DNA of 64,000 bases. It comes from an uncultured Solirubrobacterales bacterium (GTDB taxonomy: Bacteria; Actinomycetota; Thermoleophilia; Solirubrobacterales; JBBDJG01). Under the pieces are notes generated by a model. The model had not been told where the DNA came from. It was given only the letters and a program-made list of their open reading frames with translations, and did not search any database. The position numbers and the translations under genes were made by a program. Shown here piece after piece: positions 11,472 through 19,576 of this stretch (position 1 is the first letter of the stretch; every line of letters starts with the position of its first letter). The stretch lies in NCBI GenBank assembly GCA_963768885.1, contig CAVYJN010000014.1, positions 129,997-193,996 on the forward strand, in the 5' to 3' direction.

Positions 11472-12362
11472 ATGGATCCGCTCCTGATCCCGTTCGGGTT
11501 CGGCGTTGGCTTCCTGGTCGGGATGACCGGCATGGGAGGCGGGTCGCTGATGACGCCACTCCTGATCCTCGTGTTCGGCACGTCACCCGTGACGGCCGTG
11601 GGCTCCGACATCACCTACGCCGCGGTCACGAAGAGCGTCGGCGGATGGCGCCACCTGCGCCTGAAGACGGTCAACCTGGAGCTTTCGGCCTGGCTCGCGC
11701 TGGGCAGCGTCCCGGCCGCGATCGCCGGGGTCTGGGTGATCGAGTGGCTGCACGAGCGCTATGGGAGCCAGCTCGACGACATCGTCCTGACGATGCTCGC
11801 GATCGCGCTGATCGTGGTGGGCGTGATCGTGCTCGGCCGCGCCCTGTTCGCCGTGGCCGCGCACGCCCGCGAGCGCGAGCACTTCACGCTGACGCGCGCC
11901 CACAAGGTCGCCGCCGTCGCGATCGGCGCCTCGACCGGCTTCGTGATCGGCCTCACGTCGGCGGGGTCGGGAACCCTGATCGCGGTCTTCCTGATCGCGT
12001 ACTACCGGCTGGTGCCCCGGCAGGTCGTCGGCACCGACGTCTTCCATGCGGCGGTCCTGCTCACCGCCGCGGCGATCGCCCACATCGTGGCCGGCAACGT
12101 GAACTTCGGGCTCGTGGGGGCGATCCTGATCGGGTCGATCCCGGGAGTCTGGCTCGGAAGCCATCTGATCGTGAGGCTGCCGAGCGGGTTGCTGCGCACG
12201 GCGCTCGGCGTCGTGATGATCGCCGCCTCGCTCGCGCTGTTCGACAAGGCGGGGCTCGACGTGCCGCTCGCCGCGATGCTCGCGATCCCGGCCGCCTTCG
12301 CCGCGGCGATGGTGGTGCGGAGCGTCACCCGGCGCGGCCGCGCGGTCCGCGCCACCCCCTGA
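11472..12362 (+). CDS. Sulfite exporter TauE/SafE family permease
   Basis: GMTGMGGGSLMTP; multiple TM helices; VGTDVFHA. Confidence 0.9.
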   Translation: MDPLLIPFGFGVGFLVGMTGMGGGSLMTPLLILVFGTSPVTAVGSDITYAAVTKSVGGWRHLRLKTVNLELSAWLALGSVPAAIAGVWVIEWLHERYGSQLDDIVLTMLAIALIVVGVIVLGRALFAVAAHAREREHFTLTRAHKVAAVAIGASTGFVIGLTSAGSGTLIAVFLIAYYRLVPRQVVGTDVFHAAVLLTAAAIAHIVAGNVNFGLVGAILIGSIPGVWLGSHLIVRLPSGLLRTALGVVMIAASLALFDKAGLDVPLAAMLAIPAAFAAAMVVRSVTRRGRAVRATP

Positions 12363-12373
12363 CACCGCCGCGG

Positions 12374-12467
12374 GTGTTGCTCGCACCGGCGGTGCCACGT
12401 CGCGCGGTGTTGCTCGGCGGTGTTGCCCGCCGTCAGCGGTGTTGCCGGCGGTGTTGCCGCGTGTTGC
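12374..12467. repeat. Cluster of six GTGTTGC direct repeats
   Basis: Copies at 12374, 12407, 12420, 12439, 12451, 12461 between two convergent stops. Confidence 0.8.
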
Positions 12468-12472
12468 CGGCG

Positions 12473-13162
12473 TCAGCCGAGGACTTCGGCGAGGCGCTCG
12501 AGCGTCTTCGGGCTCGGCGAGTGGTCGCCGCCCTCGATGCGCGAGACGACCGTGTGGCTGATGCCGGCCCGCTTTGCCAGCTCGCGCTGTGACAGGCCGA
12601 GCGCCTCGCGGCGCGAGGACACCAGCCTGGCGATGCCCGGGGCGAGCGTCGCGGCGGACTCGGGGGCCGTTTCGGCACCGTTCTGAAGCGTTGCGGTGGG
12701 CGCCTCCGCCGGCTCGTTCTTGGCGGTGCGCACCTTGCCGCTCCCGTTGAGGGCGGGCTCGGGCACGACCGGCGGCGCGGCCGCGGCCGGCGTGCGCCGC
12801 AGCGAGTAGTCGCCGAGCAGCGCGCGCTGTAGGACGGCCCCCGCCAGGTAGGCGACGAGACCCACCAGGAGGAGCCGCACCAGGAGCGTCCCGCTCTTGC
12901 CGAGGAGGCGCTCCGCGAACGACGACGAGTCCTCGGTCGTGGTCGTCGTCGTGCGGCTCACGCGCGGCCTCGAGGCCTGCGACTTGCCGTCGGCGGGCTC
13001 GCGCGTGCGCAGCTTCTGCGTCGTCGTCCCGACCACGAACGGGTCGCTGCGGTAGACGTCGTCCCAGTGGTCGATCGCCGGCTTGACGACGATCAGCCCG
13101 CCGAACGCCATCACGGCGATCGCAAGTGCGGCGGCGCTCCAATCGGCGATCCCTCTTCTCAT
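12473..13162 (-). CDS. Membrane-anchored XRE-family (HTH_3) transcriptional regulator
   Basis: Two hydrophobic segments, a Pro/Ala linker, and a C-terminal RREALGLSQRELAKRAGISHTVVSRIEGG...TLERLAEVL. Confidence 0.8.
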   Translation of the reverse strand: MRRGIADWSAAALAIAVMAFGGLIVVKPAIDHWDDVYRSDPFVVGTTTQKLRTREPADGKSQASRPRVSRTTTTTTEDSSSFAERLLGKSGTLLVRLLLVGLVAYLAGAVLQRALLGDYSLRRTPAAAAPPVVPEPALNGSGKVRTAKNEPAEAPTATLQNGAETAPESAATLAPGIARLVSSRREALGLSQRELAKRAGISHTVVSRIEGGDHSPSPKTLERLAEVLG

Positions 13163-13417
13163 CGCGACGAACAATTCCAGGGAGAAAGCAAAGTCGGAAG
13201 CGAATCGCGCGCCCCTGCACAGCCGATTGCGCGTGCAATTCGAGTTGCAGTTCCGACTTGTGGGTTGCGCTTCCCGGAATCGCGTGGATAGCTTCCGCAG
13301 CAGAGGGGATCTGGGTCCCTCAACACGGACGTTCCTCGCCAAGGAAATGCAGGAAAGGTGAAGGCCTCACGTGTCGACTTTGTTTCACGGCCCAGGCCCC
13401 GTAGCGCACACCGGAGC

Positions 13418-14257
13418 ATGCCGGCTCCCCTGAACTTGATTCGCGCAGCGTTCGTCGCGGCGGTCTGCGTCGCGATGCTCGCGACGTGCGCGCCTGCGGC
13501 GGTCGCGCAGGTGGCGCCGCCCGCCGACGGCAACGTGATCGTCGCGCCGGACCCCACGCCCACCCCTGAGCCTCCCGCGCCGGACCCCGCGCCCGCACCG
13601 GAACCGCCGGTCAACCCCGCGCCGCCGGAGCCGCCCGCGGACCCGGTCCCGCCGGAGCCGCCCGCCGACTCCGTTCCGGCGGACCCGCCCGCGGACAACG
13701 CGCCGCCGGCCGAGCGTCGCACCGACAGCGGCACGCCGCAGCGGGTCGACGCTCCGCGCAACGACCCGGCGACCGCTCCGCAGTCCTCGGTCCCGGCCGG
13801 CTCGAGCGACCAGTTTGCGGCGCCGGCGCAGCTGCCCGCCGGGGGCGCCGGCGAGGACTGGGCATGGACCGACCAGGGTGACGCCTTCATCGTCGGGACC
13901 GGCGGCTCGAGCAGCAGCGGGACGCACGGCGCGCTCGCGCTCTTCACCGGCGCGGGCTCGATCGCGACGGCCGCGCGCGTGCCCGCGCTCGGGTCGCGCG
14001 AGCGCGCCGCCCATGACGCCGCACAGGCCTACGCCAACGGGTCCGCAGTGACCCTGTCGGACGCCGGCAGCGGCCTGTTCGCCGGCCTCTTCGGCGGGGG
14101 CACCGGCGGTGGTGCCGGCGGCGTGTTGCTCTTGACGGTGTTCGGCATCCTGGCGGTGTTCCGCCTGGTGCGACCCGACTGGAACGAAGCTTTCCGCACA
14201 TCGACGGCCACGTGGAGGCCGTCGGCATACGTGCCTCCGATCGAGCATCCCGGCTAG
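13418..14257 (+). CDS. Pro-rich exported protein with C-terminal TM segment
   Basis: Signal peptide, PEPPADP repeats, TM VLLLTVFGILAVF, C-terminus RPSAYVPPIEHPG. Confidence 0.7.
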   Translation: MPAPLNLIRAAFVAAVCVAMLATCAPAAVAQVAPPADGNVIVAPDPTPTPEPPAPDPAPAPEPPVNPAPPEPPADPVPPEPPADSVPADPPADNAPPAERRTDSGTPQRVDAPRNDPATAPQSSVPAGSSDQFAAPAQLPAGGAGEDWAWTDQGDAFIVGTGGSSSSGTHGALALFTGAGSIATAARVPALGSRERAAHDAAQAYANGSAVTLSDAGSGLFAGLFGGGTGGGAGGVLLLTVFGILAVFRLVRPDWNEAFRTSTATWRPSAYVPPIEHPG

Positions 14258-14330
14258 CCGCCCCGGCTGGCAGATAGGGCCACGCCGGGGGTCTTTGGCC
14301 CGGCGATCAATTCGATCAGGAGGAATCACA

Positions 14331-16706
14331 GTGAAGAGCAAGCTGGCTCTCGCCGTGAGCATCCTCGCTCTGACCATCGGTGGTGCTCCGGCCGTTTCAT
14401 TCGGCCAGGACGCCGGCGCCGGGGACGACGTCACGCAGACGCAGTCCGGCACCGACTCCAACAGCACCGGTCAGACCGCGACGGACACGGCGACCACAGA
14501 TCAGAACAACACCGCAGGGGCCGAGGGCTCCGGCTCGGGCGACCGCTCCAACAACGGAGCGCTCGAGCAGGGCAACGAGGCCGACACGACTGCCGAGGGC
14601 GAGAACGAGAACGCCACCGAGCAGGGCAGCGAGCAGGAGCAGGCCGCGGGCGGCGCCGACCACGAGGGCGCAGGATCCGGGGACGTCGTCGACCAGACCC
14701 AGTCCGGCGACAACAGCAACAGCACCAGCCAATCCGCCACGGGAACGGCTACCACGGTGCAGAACAACGACAACTCGGGCACCGGCTCCTCCGAGGGCGG
14801 CGACCGCTCCAACAACGGAGAGGTCGAGCAGTCCAACGAGGCCGAGACCGAGGCGTCTGCCGAGAACGGCAACGAGACCGAGCAGGGCAACGAGCAGTCC
14901 CAGGCCGCTGGCGGCGGGGACTACGAGGGCGCCGGCTCGGGCGACGACGTAACCCAGACCCAGTCTGGCGACAACAGCAACAGCACCGAGCAGTCCGCCA
15001 CGGGGACTGCCACCACGGTCCAGAACAACTCGAACGGCGGAGGCTCGGGCAGCTCCGGCGACCGTTCGGACAACGGGGACGTGGAGCAGGGCAACGAGGC
15101 CGACACCTCGGCTGACGCCGAGAACGGCAACGAGACCGAGCAGTCCAACGAGCAGGAGCAGTCCGCGGGCGGCGGCGACTACGAGGGCGCCGGCTCCGGG
15201 GACGACGTGACCCAGACCCAGTCCGGCTCCAACTCCAACGGCACCAGCCAGTCGGCCACGGGCACCGGCACCACGACGCAGAACAACTCGAACGGCGGCG
15301 AGGGCTCCGGCTCCTCCGGCGACCGCTCGAACAACGGCGACGTGGAGCAGGGCAACGAGGCTGACACCGAGGGCTCTGCCGAGAACGAGAACGGCACCGA
15401 GCAGTCGAACGACCAGTCGCAGACGGCTGGCGGCGGCGACAGCGAGGGTGCGGGCGCGGGCGACGACGTCACCCAGACCCAGTCGGGCTCGAACTCGAAC
15501 GAGACCAGCCAGTCGGCCACGGGCACCGGCACCACGACGCAGAACAACTCGAACGGCGGCGAGGGCTCCGGCTCCTCCGGCGACCGCTCGAACAACGGCG
15601 ACGTGGAGCAGGGCAACGAGGCTGACACCGAGGGCTCTGCCGAGAACGGCAACGAGACCGAGCAGTCCAACGAGCAGGAGCAGTCGGCCGGTGGCGGAAG
15701 CCACGAGGGCGACGGCTCCGGGGACGTCGTTGACCAGACTCAGTCCGCCGACAACAGCAACGGCACCAGCCAGTCGGCCACCGGTACGGCCACCACGACG
15801 CAGTCGAACTCGAACGGCGGAGGCTCGGGCAGCTCCGGCGACCGCTCGAACAACGGCGACGTGGAGCAGGGCAACGAGGCCGACACCTCGGCCGAGGCCG
15901 AGAACGAGAACGGCACCGAGCAGTCGAACGACCAGTCGCAGACGGCTGGCGGCGGCGACAGCGAGGGTGCGGGCGCGGGCGACGACGTCTCCCAGACCCA
16001 GTCCGGCTCGAACTCGAACAGCACCGGCCAGTCGGCCACCGGCACGGCCACCACGACGCAGTCGAACGACTACGTCCCGGCCGGCACGACGATCGAGTGC
16101 GAGCGTTGCTTCAACGGCGACGTGGAGCAGGGCAACGAGGCCGACACCTCGGCTGACGCCGAGAACGGCAACGAGACCGAGCAGGGCAACGACCAGTCCC
16201 AGTCAGCGGGCGGCGGCGACCACGAAGGCGCCGGCTCCGGGGACGACGTGAGCCAGACCCAGAGCGGGTCGAACTCCAACAGCACCGACCAGAGCGCTAC
16301 CTCCACGGCCACCACGACGCAGAGCAACAGCTACGTCGGGCCCGGGGTGACGATCGTCTGCCGCCGGTGCTTCAACGGCGACGTCAGCCAGAACAACACG
16401 GCGTCGACCACCGCGAAGTCCAACAACAAGAACAGCACCAAGCAGTCCAACGACCAGGACCAGTCGGCCGGCCAGGCACAGGAGGAAGAGGGCGAGGAGC
16501 CCGCGCCTGTGACGCCCCCGGTCACGACGACGGTCGTCGTGGTCCACCACTACGTGGCCTCGCCGGCGCCTGCCGCGAAGTCCACGGTCACGAAGGCCAA
16601 GAGCAAGAAGTGCAAGTGCGCCAAGAAGAGCAAGAAGAGCAAGAAGGCCAAGAAGCGGTCCGGCAAGGTCAAGGGCCAGGTCAAGTGCGTTCGGCGGTCC
16701 TGCTAG
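14331..16706 (+). CDS. Secreted Gln/Asn/Ser/Thr/Glu-rich tandem-repeat protein (amyloid/beta-fibre-like)
   Basis: AGGAGG RBS plus GTG; signal peptide; eight ~86-aa repeats; two CxxC; Lys/Cys-rich C-terminal tail. Confidence 0.85.
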   Translation: MKSKLALAVSILALTIGGAPAVSFGQDAGAGDDVTQTQSGTDSNSTGQTATDTATTDQNNTAGAEGSGSGDRSNNGALEQGNEADTTAEGENENATEQGSEQEQAAGGADHEGAGSGDVVDQTQSGDNSNSTSQSATGTATTVQNNDNSGTGSSEGGDRSNNGEVEQSNEAETEASAENGNETEQGNEQSQAAGGGDYEGAGSGDDVTQTQSGDNSNSTEQSATGTATTVQNNSNGGGSGSSGDRSDNGDVEQGNEADTSADAENGNETEQSNEQEQSAGGGDYEGAGSGDDVTQTQSGSNSNGTSQSATGTGTTTQNNSNGGEGSGSSGDRSNNGDVEQGNEADTEGSAENENGTEQSNDQSQTAGGGDSEGAGAGDDVTQTQSGSNSNETSQSATGTGTTTQNNSNGGEGSGSSGDRSNNGDVEQGNEADTEGSAENGNETEQSNEQEQSAGGGSHEGDGSGDVVDQTQSADNSNGTSQSATGTATTTQSNSNGGGSGSSGDRSNNGDVEQGNEADTSAEAENENGTEQSNDQSQTAGGGDSEGAGAGDDVSQTQSGSNSNSTGQSATGTATTTQSNDYVPAGTTIECERCFNGDVEQGNEADTSADAENGNETEQGNDQSQSAGGGDHEGAGSGDDVSQTQSGSNSNSTDQSATSTATTTQSNSYVGPGVTIVCRRCFNGDVSQNNTASTTAKSNNKNSTKQSNDQDQSAGQAQEEEGEEPAPVTPPVTTTVVVVHHYVASPAPAAKSTVTKAKSKKCKCAKKSKKSKKAKKRSGKVKGQVKCVRRSC
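14415..16470 (+). repeat. Eight intragenic tandem repeats of ~258-261 bp
   Basis: Recurring GDDVTQTQSG...NNGDVEQGNEADT...EQSNEQEQSAGGG units, near-identical at DNA level in the middle copies. Confidence 0.92.
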
Positions 16707-16713
16707 CGCGCAC

Positions 16714-16898
16714 GCCGATGACAAGCGATGGAAGAAATCGAGAAGGAGTGATGTCTATCGGCTAAGGGACGAAACTCCGGGCCGGGCAAAGGCAGGGAAA
16801 AAGCTCGCGCCGGCCCGGAGACCGAATGAGTGAGGCGCCTCAACCCAGAGAGCGCGCCTCGAAGGCTTCGATGCCCGCCCCACCCGGGGCGGGCATCG
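16714..16898 (+). ncRNA. Candidate structured RNA or 3' UTR with four hairpins
   Basis: Stems GCCGATGACA/TGTCTATCGGC, CTCCGGGCCGG/CCGGCCCGGAG, GAGGCGC/GCGCCTC, CGATGCCCGCCC/GGGCGGGCATCG with purine-rich loops. Confidence 0.35.
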
Positions 16899-16949
16899 GC
16901 CTGCCGCGGCCCCGAGCGATCCGGGGGCCGCCGATATAGTCCGGCGCCG

Positions 16950-18736
16950 ATGTTCTCCAAGGTGCTGGTGGCAAACCGGGGCGAGATCGCCGTGCGCGTG
17001 ATCCGCGCCCTCAAAGAGATGGGCATCGCGTCGGTCGCCGTCTACTCCGAGGTCGACCGCGAGGCGCCCCACGTCCGGATCGCGGACGAGGCCTTCCTGC
17101 TCGGTCCCGGCCCCGCGACCGAGAGCTACCTGAAGGTCGACAAGCTGCTCGAGGTCGCGGCGCAGGCGGGCGCCGAGGCGATCCACCCGGGCTACGGCTT
17201 CCTCGCGGAGAACGCCGCCTTCGCCCATGCCTGCAAGAAGGCGAAGGTCGTCTTCATCGGCCCGCCGCCCGAGGCGATCGAGGCGATGGGGTCCAAGACG
17301 AAGGCGCGCGAGCTGATGCAGGCCGCCGGCGTCCCGATCGTGCCCGGCACCACGGACCCGGTCGAGTCGCTCGACGGACGCCCGGAAGGTCGCCGCCGAG
17401 ATCGGCTACCCGGTCGCGGTCAAGGCGGCCGGCGGCGGCGGCGGCAAGGGCTTTCGCGTCGCGATGACCGAGGACGAGCTGGAAAAGGCGCATGGAGGGC
17501 GCGGCGCGCGAGGGCGAGAAGTTCTTCTCGGACCCGACGGTGTACCTGGAGCGCTACCTGCCCGACCCGCGCCACGTCGAGGTCCAGGTGCTCGCGGACT
17601 CCAAGGGCAGCGTCGTGCACCTGGGCGAGCGCGACTGCTCGGTCCAGCGCCGCCACCAGAAGCTGATCGAGGAGACGCCGGCGCCCGGCGTCGACGACGC
17701 GTTCCGCGAGCGCATCGGCAAGATCGCGACCGACGCGGCCGCCGCGATCGGCTACCGCTCGGCCGGCACGATCGAGGGTCTGCTGGCCCACGACGCCGAG
17801 GGACAGCTCGAGTACTTCTTCCTCGAGATGAACACCCGCGTCCAGGTCGAGCACACGGTCACGGAGATGGCCACCGGCATCGACATCGTGCGGGAGCAGA
17901 TCCGGATCGCCGCCGGCGAGCCGCTCTCGTTCACGCAGGAGGACGTGCAGCTGCGCGGATCGGCGATCGAGTGCCGCATCAACGCCGAGGCCGCACACAA
18001 GAAGTTCGCGCCGGCACCGGGGCGCATCACGACCTACAAGGAGCCCGCCGGGCCGGGCGTGCGCGTCGACTCGGGCGTCGAGCCGGGCGCCGAGATCTCG
18101 CCGATGTACGACCCGATGGTCGCGAAGCTGATCGTGTGGGACGCCGACCGCGAGGCGGCGACCGCGCGCATGCTGCGCGCGCTCGACGAGTACGAGGTGG
18201 GCGGCCTGACCACGCTGATCCCCTTCCACAAGGCGCTGCTCTCCTCCCAGCAGTGGCAGAACGCCGAGACCTGCCGCGACCTCGTCGAGGACCCGAAGTG
18301 GCTGAAGTCGCTCGCGCCCGCGGAGCCCGCCGCGGCCGGCGCCGGCGAGGAGGAAGAGGAGAAGGTCGAGCGCGACTACACGGTCGAGGTCGACAGCCGC
18401 CGCTTCACCGTCAAGGTGATCGGCCCTCCGCCCGCCGGCGGGGTGGTCGCCGCGGGGACGAACTCGACGGGCGCGCGCCAGGCGCCCCGGCGCGATCGTG
18501 CGGGCGCAGGCGCGGCCGGCGCCGGCGGCGCGCTCGTGTCACCGCTTCAGGGCACGGTGCTGCGGGTCAACGTCGAGAAGGGGCAGGAGGTCGAGGCCGG
18601 CGCCGTCGTGTGCGTGATCGAGGCGATGAAGATGGAGAACGAGATCACGGCGACCGCGGCCGGGAAGGTGACCGAGCTGCACGTGAAGGAAGGCGCGTCG
18701 GTGGGGAGCGGCGACCCGATCGCGGTTATCGAGTGA
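16950..18736 (+). CDS. Acetyl/propionyl-CoA carboxylase alpha subunit (biotin carboxylase plus BCCP); frameshifts near 17380 and 17490
   Basis: KVLVANRGEIA, HPGYGFLAEN, ERDCSVQRRHQK, FLEMNTRVQVEH, biotinyl motif EAMKM. Confidence 0.92.
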
Positions 18737-18739
18737 ACA

Positions 18740-18805
18740 CCGGAATTTCCTGTAGCCGGAAATTCCGGGAGCTCCGTAGTTCCTTAGCCGGACGAGCTCC
18801 GGGGG
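18740..18805. repeat. REP-like palindromic element, copy 2 plus a partial copy
   Basis: CCGGAATTTCC-TGTAGCC-GGAAATTCCGG-GAGCTCCG, then TTCCTTAGCCGGA..GAGCTCCGGGGG. Confidence 0.6.
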
Positions 18806-18811
18806 CCTAGG

Positions 18812-19522
18812 CTAGGCCGCGCCGAGCAGCTTCACGGCCGAGCGCAGGTCCTTCACGATCTCGGTCGGCTTGCCCTTCACGCCCTGCGGCCAGCCCTCCT
18901 TCTTGCGGTCGACCCAGATCACGGGGACCTTGGCCTTCACGCAGGGCATCACGTCGGTCTCGAGGCCGGTCGCGATGTGGACCCACTTCGTCCTGGCGCC
19001 GATGCGGCGCTTGGCCTCCTTGAAGTGGGCCGGGTCCGGCTTGTAGGAGCGCACCTGCTGCGCGGTCACGACGAGGTCGAAGTCGGTGCGCAGGTGACGC
19101 CGCGTGGCGCCGAGCAGCTTGTCGTCGATGTTCGAGATCAGGCCGATCCCGGTGACGCCCGCGGCGCCCGCGTCGTAGAACTTCTTGCGAAGGCGGTCGA
19201 GCAGCGCGTTGGTGTCGCGGAACGGCGCCCACGAGGGCACGCTGTTCGGCAGGAAGCTCGAGCGCACGGGCTCGAGCTCCCACCCCAGCTCCTCCGCCAC
19301 CGCGATCGCGGTGCGGCGCAGGACCTCGGCGTAGAGCTCGTACGAGCCGGACATGATCTCGCGCTGCTTCTCGAGGAACAGCGGGATCAGCCGGTCCTTG
19401 TCGATCGTGAAGCCGTCCCTCTCGGCCTCCTTCTGAAAGGCCGTGTGGATCCCGTTCTCCCAGTCGATCAGGGTTCCATAGACCTCGAGGCTGACGAAGT
19501 CGACTTTCTTTGGTAGCGGCAT
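18812..19522 (-). CDS. HAD-superfamily hydrolase, haloacid-dehalogenase-like
   Basis: SLEVYGTLIDWE motif I, ISNIDD, TAQQVRSYKPD. Confidence 0.85.
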   Translation of the reverse strand: MPLPKKVDFVSLEVYGTLIDWENGIHTAFQKEAERDGFTIDKDRLIPLFLEKQREIMSGSYELYAEVLRRTAIAVAEELGWELEPVRSSFLPNSVPSWAPFRDTNALLDRLRKKFYDAGAAGVTGIGLISNIDDKLLGATRRHLRTDFDLVVTAQQVRSYKPDPAHFKEAKRRIGARTKWVHIATGLETDVMPCVKAKVPVIWVDRKKEGWPQGVKGKPTEIVKDLRSAVKLLGAA

Positions 19523-19576
19523 CAGGGTCCTTGTTGATAGCGTCCCGCGCCGGTCGGCGGGCGGCCGGAACGATAC

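Noticed and set aside
12374-12467. Heptamer cluster as a mini-CRISPR
   Set aside because: The unit is only 7-9 bp and spacing is irregular (10-33 bp).
14415-16470. Long DNA repeats as a CRISPR array or assembly duplication
   Set aside because: Repeats are in-frame coding units of ~260 bp with mosaic divergence, no unique spacers and no cas genes.
16760-16835. Hammerhead ribozyme (GGACGAAAC) or c-di-GMP-I riboswitch (GGGCAAA...GAAA)
   Set aside because: No correctly placed CUGANGA core, and the GAAA is not closed by the stem a GEMM motif requires.
17375-17495. Programmed frameshifting in the carboxylase alpha subunit
   Set aside because: Two nearby breaks with no convincing slippery site plus stimulator, and many similar indels across the window; sequencing error is more parsimonious.
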